The notes beneath the pieces were generated by a model. That model had not been told where the DNA came from, ran no database searches, and saw only the letters and a program-made list of their open reading frames with translations. DNA of 64,000 nucleotides from Mizuhopecten yessoensis (taxonomy: Eukaryota): NCBI RefSeq assembly GCF_002113885.1, contig NW_018480078.1, forward strand, positions 825,375 through 889,374, read 5' to 3'. Made by a program: the position numbers and the translations under genes. How positions within the stretch are numbered: position 1 is the stretch's first letter; every line of letters starts with the position of its first letter. This document shows, in pieces, positions 25,001 through 37,800 of this stretch.

Positions 25001-28000
25001 GTCATAGTCGAGGAAAACGAAAATCCGGAATCCATAACGAATAAAGTATTTTTAGCCTTGAGTAGGTTGAAAATGAAACCCGGGTATGTATCGACCCGAC
25101 AGAACTCAAAACCTGAAGCCAGGAAGTCTTTCTCCGATGTCATTCTAAAAGGTCTGGCGCCTGATGGCGGTTTATTTGTTCCTGGCTCCTGTCTGCCTGT
25201 TTTATCCATAGGAGAAATGAAACGAATGGTTGACTCAAAGTATCCCCAGCGAGCCCTTCAAATCCTTGAAAAGTGCATCCACCCTTCCGATCTCCATCCG
25301 TCAGTGTTGTCAACTTTCGTTTCTCGTGCTTATAGCAATGACAACTTTGAATGCTTCAAAGTATTTCCGGTACGTCATCTAGACAACAATCAATATCTCC
25401 TAGAACTATTCCATGGGCCAACAGCTTCCTTCAAGGATGCAGCTCTGCAGTTGATGCCACAATTCTTCGTTAATGCGTTGAAGGCATCCAAAACTACAAC
25501 AAAGTAGGTTATCTATATTCTATTTAGTGACAGCTACCCCTTCCACAGTGAACAGTCATAGTAGAAAATACCACACCAACTGTAGCAAACATTTTCATCA
25601 ATCTATCCCGTTAAAACAGTATTGCATGGCGGCGTTGGTGTTTAATTACTGCTTTGTAGTATTGTGTCGAGCAAGTTTGTTACTTTTCTGTGCTGTACTT
25701 TCTTATAGTTATTTAGTGTAATTGCCGATTCAGAGGCGGATCCAAGGGGGTGTCACAAGAACCACGAAAGCAAAATAAAAATAATAGATTAAAAAGGGAC
25801 CCTTAAAAAAGGCCAAAACTGTTATTTTTTTATGCAATATTCCATTGTTCAGACCAAATATGTCGCAGGATGAGCTTTGAAGTTATCGTTGGAGATTCAT
25901 AAAACATTATTAATATAATTTCATTAGATACCATAAAGTGATAGTACATGTAATATGGAAAGAATTACTGAGAAATGTAAGCATTATTTTAGTTGAATAA
26001 CCACCCGAACTTATACTATACAACGTCATAAATATAAATTCAATAAATGCATCATGCCTTGTGCTTTCATTGTGATGATTGTGTTTCAAACAGGTACGTC
26101 ATTATCGTGGCCACTTCCGGCGACACAGGTGGAGCAGTTCTTGATGGATTTATAAGGCATGAAGGTGAGTCATTGTTACGATGTACGTACTGTCGTCACG
26201 TGTACTCTATCTTATTTCCCCGACACGTGCAATATGTTCCTTGAAACGTAGTGGTAATGAAGTTTATACAATAGAACCAGCTTTACTGTCACGTGGCTCG
26301 CTGCATTATTACATCAGACATCGATAGATTCTGGTAAAATGAAAGAAACTGGGTCCGTATTTGGAAAACCGTGTTCATGCTTCAACACAGCTTTGGTGCC
26401 TAAATTCAATGCTTTCCATAGACATTTTCGAGTAACAACGAGTAACTAGAGACTGCTTTTCGTTATTTTGAACACAATTTCACTCTTGAGCATGATAATG
26501 AATTTATGAAAACGGACGCGGTCTTTTGAGACCAATGAAACATGCATCATAATATTAAAATGTTTATATATCTAGGTGGCGCTGATGTCGGCGTTCTGGT
26601 ACTGTACCCGGATGATGGTATCAGTGATGTACAAAAACAACAGATGACGGCAATGGCGGGCAGAAACATCCAAGTAATAGGTATGGAAACATGTGCGTTT
26701 CATTTGTATGCAACACCGGTCATTGCCAGTCTTTGCTTGACATAGAAAACAGATGTTTTCGAAAGCTCGCAAAATAAATTTTAAATTAGTATTTGTATTC
26801 AAAGCATATATCATTATTCATTGTCTTGCGCCTAAGTCGTTTGACGCACAATCGAATAATCGTATTCCAAAAATTGAAGGATAAACTGTAAATTCTGAAT
26901 CAAACATCATCCCTGGAGATTTGGGGACAAAATACAGACTGCTGTTTTTACATCCAAACCAAACAAATATTAGTGTCCGTCTCCCATCTTTATTTCAATC
27001 AGGTGTTCGTGGAGATTTCGACGTGTGTCAGTCCTTCGTCAAGCGTGCCTTCAAAGACCGTGCTCTAGAAAAAGACCTGATGGTCGACACGAACTGTAAA
27101 CTAAGGTATGTCGTTTTAAAGCATTGTGAAGACATGTGTCCATTCATCTCGATAGGGCGGTTCATGTAAGGCTATTTTCCGGAAACGTTCGTCTGTCTAT
27201 CAACAGATTAATATGACCATAAAGAACCATATGTGATTTGGCAAAAAATAGCAAAACTTTATCGAAGCACATTCTTTTTCAGTTATATCGTATAGATGTA
27301 TACATAAATAAGAAGAAAGGCAAGTCAGGTGTTGTTATTACTTGAAGAAAAGGACAGTCAAAGGGGGGAAGTTCGACCTTTAGGAAACAATTTGATTCCA
27401 TCAGATGCTGTTGGACATATTTAAATGTGAAGATGTTGTCCTCGTCCTGTTGCGCTCCATTTTCCCACAAATTCAAATTTGCCTGAAATTATTCTTGGAA
27501 TTTCATATTGCCTGCAAGCGATGAAAAATGTGGATATCAAGAGGGTGTCCACAATTATATGCAAGAAATATAACAAGATCATACTTTATGAAAGTCAACC
27601 GTTAATGTTCTTATTTTGTGTACAGGTCCTGTAGGATATTTAATTTGCAAGGTCCAGTGTTTTAATATCGTGGTTCTAAGGTAACAGCAGAACGTGCGTT
27701 AAATTCCTTTCGCATGATTTATAAGACTTAGAAGGGTACCTTCATGTTATCATCAAGCAGGTATTTTAATACGGGTAGCATTATCGAAATCTTACATCTA
27801 AACATAAAATATCTGGTTGTCCTGTTCATGTTCTTTGTGATCAAACGATATATTTCTTATCAAAATGTCTTGCTTGTATTGTGCACTCTAAATAAAAGAA
27901 AAATACGTTAATAATTAGGGAGAAAAAATGTCCAAAACGTACAAGTGGGACACATCTACAGTGACTTTTTAAATCAGTATCATCAGCTGAAGTAACGCCA

Positions 28001-30343
28001 GGATATCCTAGAAAATGACGAACCCCTGATTCAGCATTTTAGGACCTGCCCCCGTATTTTCTGTAGTGATACCGCACATTCCATCGTTTTGGTTCTTATT
28101 TTTGTGTATTTTTCCTTGTTAACAAAGCGCCGCCAACTCCATCAGCTGGGGGCGTCTCCTACCACAAATAGTGTACCACGTGTCTTCGTACCTCGATCTT
28201 GTCCAGAATGATGTCATCCAACTCGGAAGCGAAGTTGATCTCTGCATACCCACAGGCAACTTCGGAAATATCTTGGCTGCGTATTATTCAAAGGTTTTTT
28301 GTGATTACTCCAGTAAATCAGTTTCACTACAAAAAAACAGCAACATTTATGTAGGCAAACGTTATACAGACCTAATTACGTTCATTCCAGTACCATAACT
28401 TAAACGCGACACACAGATCTATGTGCGGGATCGCATTGCATTAACCTCTTCAATACTAGTTCGGAACATCAATCCATAATTCGTTCTTATCAATTTGTTA
28501 TTACTTGTTCTAATAAAGCTTTTAATCGTCATGTAACAAGTGATATTTAATTCTTTGAATGATGATGAAGCTATCTTTAATTTAATAGACACTATATAAC
28601 ATTTCTACACGTAATGTTCCAAAGTCAACAGCGCTCATATTGCACAATACTACTTCTGATTTATGTGTGCCTACTGTTCGATAATTTCCTAGAACCATGC
28701 GTACCCCAACTACAGTAACCATTAGAATAGAATTTTGCCGCGCATTAATCTTACAAATGGGCAATTATTGCATTAATTATAAACTTGTGTTCACAGACTG
28801 TAATAAAATAGCATTCTTGTATTTTGTTTTTATTTACAGCAAATGGGAGTGCCGTATCGGCGATTGATTTGTGCTTCAAATTCCAACAACATTTTAACAG
28901 ATTTCATAAAAACTGGAACCTATGACCTTCGGAACCGCACATTACACAAAACGACATCACCTGCAATAGACATTCTGGTCTCGTCTAATCTAGAACGCTA
29001 TTTGTATCACCTGTCGGGCGGATCTGCCGACTTCATCTCAGAATGCTTCACAAACTTGGAGTCATCAAAACATTTTTCTATACCTGAAAAGGTTGTTAAA
29101 CGTTTGTTCTTGGTATCAATATTCTGTCACATTTCAGACTGTTTCAGTTATTTACAGGCAAGATAACTAAATCCTATTTTGTGTTGATGTATTTTTATAT
29201 GTACTTTAAGCCGAACGAAAAACGTTTCTTGTTTATTTGTAGGTTTCATATTTTGTCTATTACATCATGCCTCTTATAAATCTTAGTTGATTGATTGACC
29301 AGAATTATTCCATTGTTTTAAGAAGCTTTTTATTCAATTATGATTATATCATATTGAAGAATATAAAAAGCTTGATTTTATGTTTATGCAACATGTTGTT
29401 CGTAAATGGAATTGTCCAGTTTGAACAGCTCCGTGTGGCGAGAGGTGTGAAGATGGAAAACGTGATCTTGCATTGCTTAGTGATATAATTCAGTCTTTTT
29501 ATTTTGCATTTCTTTTCCAGATGATATCGGCCATGAAGGAACTGTTTGTTGCGGACTGGTGTTCCGAAGAGGAAGTGAAGAGGACAATCCAATCTACCCT
29601 GGATAAAACAGGTATTACGTACACTGAGCCAGGAGTGATTGAACTGGCATTATTACTACATTGAACCACGGAATTAGATTATATAAGTCCGTACATGAAC
29701 TGTAGATAATAACATAAGCCAACTATTAATTTTGATAAAACTGTTTCAGTCGAAAAGACCCTTTGTGATCAGATTAATGTTTCCTAGGCAAGTTTGGATG
29801 TTCTGTAGTGGGGTCACTGTATTCTCTTTAAAAATCATATAGCGTGCATTACTTACCTTACAATTATTGTTTAACCCTCTTTTCTACTTACCGTACCTAC
29901 TGGCCCGACACCATTCTGGTAACATCTATCTGTCAAAATGTCCAAGTCTGGTGTCAGGGCCAGGGGAAAATCAGGCTACCGAACCTACTTGAATGTCGTT
30001 TGTTGTTCCATAATCTTATTCCACAGGCTACCTTTTGGATCCCCATACCGCTGTCGCAAAATCTGTCGGTGACCGCTTCAACGTCAAAGACTGTCCTATG
30101 ATCATTGCGTCCACAGCACATTACTCGAAATTTGCACCCGATGTGGCCAGATTCCTTGGTCTGGATATTGAAAACGAACAGCTGAACGAAGTGTTTGATA
30201 AACTTAAAGACATGTGCGCTAGTCCTGTTATGCACATTCCTCTCCAGCAATCGATTGAATGTCCACAAATCCACACAAAAGTCCTGAATTCCACGTATTC
30301 CGAAGTTCGGGAGGAAATCAAAACTTTCGCTCGTACGCTGTAG
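22057..30343 (+). CDS. THNSL1: Threonine synthase-like 1 (shikimate-kinase-like P-loop domain fused to a PLP threonine-synthase domain), 720 aa
   Basis: Exons 22057-22176, 23062-23202, 24707-25503, 26094-26164, 26576-26680, 27003-27105, 28128-28293, 28840-29091, 29521-29611, 30027-30343 join in frame (2163 nt). Motifs GSPGSGKT, GLAPDGGL, ELFHGPTASFKD, VATSGDTG, PTGNFGN, DPHTA. Exon 1 is Arg-rich and acid-free like a mitochondrial presequence (least certain exon). AATAAA at 31169. Confidence 0.93.
22922..22967. mobile_element. 46-bp palindrome with 7-bp TSD (GTTAGTC/GTTATTC); putative P-element footprint
   Basis: 22-bp arms, 20/22 complementary, 2-bp loop. Confidence 0.6.
23425..23578. mobile_element. 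Palindromic MITE, apparently nested in an older inverted-repeat element (23381-23615)
   Basis: taaggtgttcag...acgttttaggggtttagatcaa pairs with ttgatctaaacccttaaaacgt...ctgaacacctta; outer cacaggg...gttacagct / agctgtaac...cccctgtg. Confidence 0.7.
23641..23872 (-). mobile_element. SINE 3' portion with (AAACC)n tail
   Basis: ggtttggtttgg...tttaacgtcc...ggtcatttaaggacgg...ctttatagtgctacctcactg, a pattern typical of mollusc SINE 3' regions. Confidence 0.6.
29667..29693. mobile_element. Degenerate 27-bp palindrome of the CACGGAATTAGAT family
   Basis: attgaac|cacggaattagat-t-atataagtccgta|catgaac; left arm is the exact reverse complement of the right arm at 1666-1678. Confidence 0.45.
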
Positions 30344-33295
30344 GTTGTCTTGGAAACAATCAGACCATGAGTGGGTTATACTGCGTAGCGTTAGAATATG
30401 GATGACGACATTCTCGATGTGTAGAGTTTCATGAATGAATTCAGTTATCGCTAAGGATGTTTTAACTGAACATTAGTATTTCACATTACATTACATTACA
30501 ATCAACGCTTCTCGTGTAGTGATTCTGGCCAGGAACACGTTTATTCAAATCGTAATGACGACTTTACTTATATAGTGCGAAAATCACAAAATCTAAAAGG
30601 CTATTATATAACGTTGTTTGCAAAAGTTTGATTTTGAAAATAGTTCTGATTTATTTAATGTATTCAGCATTGTGTTCTTAAATGTGATAAGAGCTATTTT
30701 GGTACCGTTTCATTTACATTGGTGAATTTTGACCACAGGTTAATATTAAAAACTTGTTTATATCATAGGCGTATTGATAGACGATGCTAGTACCTGTGTT
30801 TTGAATGACAGAACATTTATGTTTCAGCTTTTCATATTTTTTTCTCTTTTCCCCCCCAATGTCAAATTCACCTCATAAATTTAAATGTATATAAGGAAAT
30901 GTGATAGACAGTATATATGTATGGCTTGTAAAGTAGCTAACTCACTGGCATCTGCCTAGCTTTTATCTGACATTGGGTATATAGTTTATTTACAGAATAC
31001 ACAACTGTATTTTTGTTGCTTTATTTGATTTTGTATATAAAAAGTATATATCTATGCAAAAAATAGATACATTGTACACACAACTGTGGGTGTACAATTC
31101 ACCTTTGTGCGATTATTTTTTAATGTGAACTTATGTATAACTCTGGGTATAAACGGTTTATAATGCTAAATAAAGATATAAAGTGATGGTATTGTGGCTT
31201 AAATTGTCGTTGATTAGAGTTCAGTGTGCAAAATAAATATACTTGGTTGTAGGATTGTTGCTATGTTAATTGACCTTGGGTGTACACCTCCTATTGCAGT
31301 AATTCTACACAGAAAATATTAAATGATTTATCCAGTGCATTCTTTTCTTATTATTATTCTAAATCTATTGAGGAAAATGAGAAAAAAAGTATTAAAGAGA
31401 CTCATAGGTCATGAATCTGTTTCCTGGCTATTTCGGAGTGGAAATACAAGCAGTAATTTCGGAGGAGAATCCCAGGTACATTTCCACATGGGTCCAGGAT
31501 ATGCTAGCATATATAATGATTTGGTTTAATTCTGACCATTAATTTGGAGTGATACGTCGTTTAAAGTTAATCTTCCTACTCGACCCCATTCGACCACACC
31601 ACTTAGCCGACAAGAAAACTCAGCCCTTGTACCGATATTTGTAAAACATTTAATCAATACTTGCTTAGCATGCTCCAACTGAAATCTCTGCCCAGTAGGA
31701 GATGTTTTTCAAAGTGAAATCATCGAATTTCATCCCGCTCCCAACATTCGTCTTAAAGTTTTAAATAATAATCTATTTGAGTTAACATAGTCAAAGATTC
31801 AGCAATTTCAACCAAATGTCAAGAGCTTTAAGAATTTTTATCCCAAGCATAGTTTTGACCAGTATCACAATAATGACTGTTCTTTTATAATGAACGATTT
31901 TGATAAATGAAGACTTCCTCATGTAATTGCCATTGACCCAAACCTTTCTTTAATTGACAGAAGGAAATAAATTGCAAGGTGCTAATGACACGGTTTCACA
32001 CATTTAAGAATTTCCAATATCATATCCAGTGGTAGAGAGATGATTTTTCTTGGAGGGAGTTTTAGTTTACTAAAGGTACAAATAAAGGGAGACTCTAAAC
32101 GAAAACGGAAGAAATGATCTTCCTATGCATGATATTATTTCAGGCCGCTAAACACCGCACAACCAACCAATTTTAGAACGTTTTATTCATCCAGAAGGAT
32201 ATCTTCAAAACCACAATTAAAATGAAATTCATTTTCCTGAAATAATTTTGCTTTCAACATGAAACATTGTTGCTTCACTGTAAATGATCAATTCTCTGCT
32301 GACGATTGATTGCATTATAATTTCATCAACTTGTTGGTTGAAGCATATTTTTTAAAACAAGTTATATGTATTATTTTAATATCAATTCCGTTTTTCATTT
32401 TAAAGGTCCTACAGTAAAACGTCTGCAGAAAAACTGCATATACATGTATCTAAACATTCCAAAAACAATGAAACATCTAAACATATATTATAGAATACAT
32501 ATCACACGCAAAAATATAAAAAGACCAGCCAAATAAAATTTACGTAAACTTCCTGTTCATTTTATGAAATTATTTAACTCTTTAGTTGATCATTCTATTA
32601 GGATGTGTTCAAGCTTATTTTCAGCATTTTTTAAGTATCATTACCAATTTACCACCCAATCGATTCTAGATGAGATTCAAAATGGACGAATGCTACATGA
32701 AGAGAATAACATTAGCAAATTAATTGCATTTTGATAAGCTTAAAAATGCAATCTTAACATTGCAATGGGACTTCTATATGCATGGGATACAAAACGAGTC
32801 ATCTTTTGGTAAATGGTACCCCTCCATCCGTTTTAATAGTGAAAAAGAGTTCCTCTTAGAGTTGTTTTAGAATTAGAGTATTCTCCCTTCTATATAAAAG
32901 GAGTTAAGAGTAACTTCCCCTGTGAACTTTGTTACATAGACTTTGTAGTTCATGGGACCTTGCAATATGAATTCATCCGAATTCTTCTTCTTAACCTGTA
33001 CTTTTCTTTTGTATAAACTTTTATGAAAACTTGTTCAGAAATAAAGTGTAGAGCATTGCAATGGGATGGGATGAGCTTGGATAACACTATATGCCCCCTC
33101 CACATTCCAACCCACACCACAACAATTGAGTGATAGAGGCATAATAAATAATTTCTTAAATCAACAATGGTGTTTTATGCTGTGTGTAAGTAGAGTAAGC
33201 ATGCACAAAGATTTAACAACCAAGATAACAATAAGTGGAAGGGTTTTATCATTATATTTGAGCTGCAAGTTAACAACTTCCAGGATACTTAAAAC

Positions 33296-33992
33296 TAGGG
33301 TTGTTAAACCGGTCATATTTTGGTAACTGGTTACTCGAACAATCTTCCGATGGATAAACTGGTTAATCGGTCATCAAATAATAAACAGCAACAAACACAA
33401 TATATGTGTAGAAAATGTTCTATCTAAAATGTATTTACACTACAAACATACAAGTATATATATTAATTAGCATTATAGTTTACTCGCATATTTCAGGCTA
33501 AACACAGGAAATAGTTGCATGTAACCTCAGTAAGTATAGTTCCTGGACAACAAATGTCGGATTGCAGGAAGACAGGATTCAATTAAAGTTATATGTACTC
33601 GAAATCATCTGCGGTATTATTGCTCTTTTTGCTTGACAAACATTTTTCAGACATGCTTGTTCATTCAAGTGTATACACTTCTGATTATATTTACATGTCG
33701 CATGTAAAAGCACATTCTATCTCTTAAAGTTTGTATTTCGCAACTTTGTATTCTGGCTTCCTTTTAGAATCTGTTCAGATTATTATGGTGCTGGCGGCAT
33801 CTCTCGGTCAGTATTTACAATAGAGTACAAAATTAAAACTAACATGTCATCCCTGAACACTGATGTTTTTAATACAAAACTATCCAATTTTGGTCGAATC
33901 TATGATAATTTGTAGGTAGGTCTAAGCCAGGGAAACATAGGGCTCCCCAAAAGGATAAGTAAATGTTCGACTATTCGGTTAATCCAACCCTA
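33296..33992. mobile_element. Non-autonomous hAT-like element
   Basis: Termini TAGGGTTG...CAACCCTA; flanks cttaaaac / cttgaaat (6/8 TSD match). Confidence 0.6.
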
Positions 33993-34545
33993 CTTGAAAT
34001 AATAGAATACTCTCTATGATACATGTACCAAAACTGAAACTGGAAATGCGGGTATAGGACATTTACAATGTAACAAATATATGAAACATAATCTTTAAAC
34101 ATGTACATGTAATATGCTGAAAAGATATTGAAATGTTGTACATGTATTTAAAAGCTGAACACAACGCATCACATACAGTAATACATATGGGTAGTTTGTT
34201 TCATATGACTCAAATTTTTAATTTTTTAAAGTTAGTTTGGACTATATGTCGATTCCGGGATACTTTTTCTCACGAGATTCGACCAGGTTTTAGATACACA
34301 TGTCATGTGATAGGGGGGATGTGTACTTCAAGTATACACTGAAAAATTGAGAGTTGCATAAAACAATACGCAACAAAACCAGGCTGCATGTCTAACAACA
34401 GGGGACTTAATTATATATAGTCAGCAGATATCCATTTCTTGATAATTTTCAAATTTCTGCCATTTTCGTCCAAATTTTTACCAATGCTTTTCTTTAGTTG
34501 GTTTGCCATTGATTTACTTTTACACTGGAAGTATACATACCCCCT

Positions 34546-34635
34546 TAATATACCATGTGACTGCCAAATCACATGACTTATTAAATATTAATATACCATG
34601 TGACTGCCAAATCACATGACTTTAATATACCATGT
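34546..34635. repeat. Three tandem copies of taatataccatgtgactgccaaatcacatgact
   Basis: Directly visible; each unit contains the hairpin CATGTGA...TCACATG. Confidence 0.9.
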
Positions 34636-34866
34636 GACTGCCAAATCACATGACTTTTATTCTGGAAACTTTTATCATTGATTATTGACGGTGATAGATA
34701 AAATTAAATTCTGAAGGTATGATCTACCTTCATTACTGGATGGAACTTTCTGACTTACAGTTAACAACTTGTAAGTTATGACACCAACAATTTTCAAAAA
34801 ATAAAGCTTAGAATGTGTATGTCAGTCCACAACTCCTCAGTTTAATATAATAGGTCACAGAGATTT

Positions 34867-37800
34867 TTATTCTGAATATTGTTCCTGATTTAACTCATCA
34901 GCATCTTGATCATAAGGTTGGAGTTCTAATTTCACCATTGTATCGGCAAAGTATTCTGGCAATGGTGCTTCTATCAGGAAGGATTCTGACTTTTTATGAG
35001 GAAATCTTTTTAGAATCAGTCCACTTCTGTGCAGATGCAATGGCACCAGATGAGCATGCACCCCGGGCGGTACGTTAAGTTTATGTTTGACTTCTGTCGG
35101 AATAACCTGCCAAAAAATCAAAACAGCTGTTACTATGTTTCTAAACAGGTTTTTTCAGTTTGGTTAGAATAGACAATATACAGGCTCATATAGCACAACC
35201 AGTGAAATGTTCATGTGCGACATTTCAATCACTTGTATAATATGTACTCATTACCCTTCTTTAGACTAATGACCAATAAAGCATACATTTTTATTTACAC
35301 TGAGGTTTAAAATATGTACTAGTGATAATTGCTGTTGACTTGGAAATTCTCGAAGTGTACCAAGTATGTACACTTGGATGTACAAAACGACGACCAAATC
35401 CACAAATCGATTCGGCTATGCTAAATGTTTATACCTGGTCATAGATGTGCAAGAGTCTATGATGGTGATTTTTTGACAACTCGTACACATTGTACACCTT
35501 TGTGTATATATGCTTTACTGGTTGTGCTATGTTATTCTTTATACAAGTTGTTACTATGGTCATAGTTAAAGTACATGTCATAAATAGGAGGCACGGTAGT
35601 CTCGTGGTAGGACGCCGGGCTCGTGACTGAAGGGTTGCGGGTTCGAGTCCAGGCACGGCACTTTGTTGTATCTTTGAGCAAGATACTTTACTCTGCTAGT
35701 ATGTGGTTGGGCAGTGCTAGAACTGTAGAATACTAGCTGTGAGCTCCGAAATGGCAGCAGCCGCTGTATGCTCCCCAGGGAATTGAGAAAGGTATTGGCT
35801 GGTTGCAAAGGCCCTATAACCAGGGATAATAGTTTGAGAACCGCCTTGAGACGACCTTCAAACTACTAGGTTGTGATAAAGCGGTATATAAGAACCTCAA
35901 ATTATTATTATAAATAGAAAAGAGAAAAATTCAGTGATTTAACATAATGGTAGACCCATAGACAATCACCATAAAAAACACTGTAGGTCTAATACTATGG
36001 AATTTCAAGTAACACATTGTCTATGAAGTTATTTCTGATGTCAGATGTGTATGTTTAACAGTGAGCGGAAAACATTTTTGTGTACAATTATTTTTCTTAA
36101 TATATTTCTTAATTTCATGTTATCAAGCACAAAATACCTAAGTCAAGGCGTGGTTATACAAATTTCAGAAAGAAATCTTATTGTCCACACCTATTGTCTA
36201 CCGTATATAAATCCTAAATTCTAAGGCTCTGATCTCCATTTAATGCTTGAGATGTAAATCTAATGTTTTTAGTTGAAAAAGGATATTGAGTAATATTGAG
36301 AATTCTGGCTATATCATCATTTTCTAAGTACCTAACTTTCTTTATATGTGTGCTTTTGATGTACACAAACAAGAAAACCTTTATTAAAGAAAGCAGAATA
36401 TAAGTACATGTACCTGAGGGCCTCGGATGGCTGCGTTTTGATCATTTTTGACAGCCACTCCAGCCACTGTTATTACACGATGAGAATAAACATGATCTCC
36501 AAGGATAGGACTCAAATGTTCTGCCATATACATTTCTAAACACTCCTTCTTCCCTGTAAACAAAATATAACATTTAGGTAAATAAAAAAATTGGGTGTTA
36601 ACTGTAGTCCATAATAAAAAGGAATTAGCAGCTAGACAATTTTTTTCTTCAAATTTTACAAATTATTTTTAGAGTAGAGATTTAGAGACTTTTTTCCAAG
36701 TGTTCACCCCAAGCATACAGCCAGTATTTGAAACAAGGGTTGGTCATAGGCACCAGGAACAGGAGAAAGGATTCGTGCAAAATGGTCAAATCATAGTTAG
36801 AACCAGACCTCAAAAGTTCACATCGAGGCTCTAATCAACTGAGATATTGGTCACAAGCAGTCACCAGGTCCTGTCCTGCTTCACCCCTGTATTACCCGAG
36901 TTACACAATGTATATCCGGTATCCCTAACTCGTTATATAATGTACATTACATCTTGGTTCTTTGCCAAGTCACTGACATTATTATGACTTGGTCAAACAC
37001 GTAAGTGATCCTTACCGCTGTCACAAGTAATGCCTACGAGAGAAACTTTTGGAGTTGTTTCCAGGGGGCTTGTGGCCAACACGTCTGCCTTAACGTTGAA
37101 ACTAGACAATAGTCCTTTCTTCATGTACCTGCTGAAGTGTGGCACCAAGACGGCCTACCATGATATAAAACACATTATAACAATAACAGTTAGGAGTCCA
37201 GCGAAGAGAATCCTTAGAATGAAACCTGTGTTGGAAAATATCAAAAAAAGTAAAATGCTTTTATACAAACAGCTACATGCCATACATCATGCTTTTAGGG
37301 TAATTTTTTCGATACAGAAAATCTCAGCAATTTTACACCATTGACAATTCCAATTTTTACAGTATGCTCAAACAGCCTACAAATGTTACACAAACAACTT
37401 ATCTTAAGTATTTTCAAGTATTTTGCTGCAGGAAAAAGACCGGTGTCTTGACTTTATTTAGTAATGTTTAGGCAGACACTACATGTAACTGATGTAATCA
37501 AACGATTATGTATATCCTTTCTTGAGTATTTTCTAGGTTGTTTTTTTTCTATGTGTATTTTTAACCCTTTCACAACTATGAAACGTCCATTATGGTCTAG
37601 TGGTGACAATCTAAAGTGCAAATTGTGAATGTAAAAAAAAACATTTTCTGTTTATTTTTTGTTTGAGTCATAAAAAAATAATTTTAAGTTTGATTTGAAT
37701 CTGAAAATATTGCAGCAACTTCCAACACATAATGACATTATCGTTAAATCACAAAATGTGTTTACTGAAACATCAATGAAGACCACAGTAATGATTTCAT

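Noticed and set aside
35588-35660. Possible tRNA gene
   Set aside because: It is the head of a TSD-flanked SINE; the same applies to other tRNA-like segments in SINE and TRIM copies.
35957-36025. CATAGACAAT...ATTGTCTATG inverted repeat as another footprint
   Set aside because: No matching 7-bp direct repeat on the flanks.
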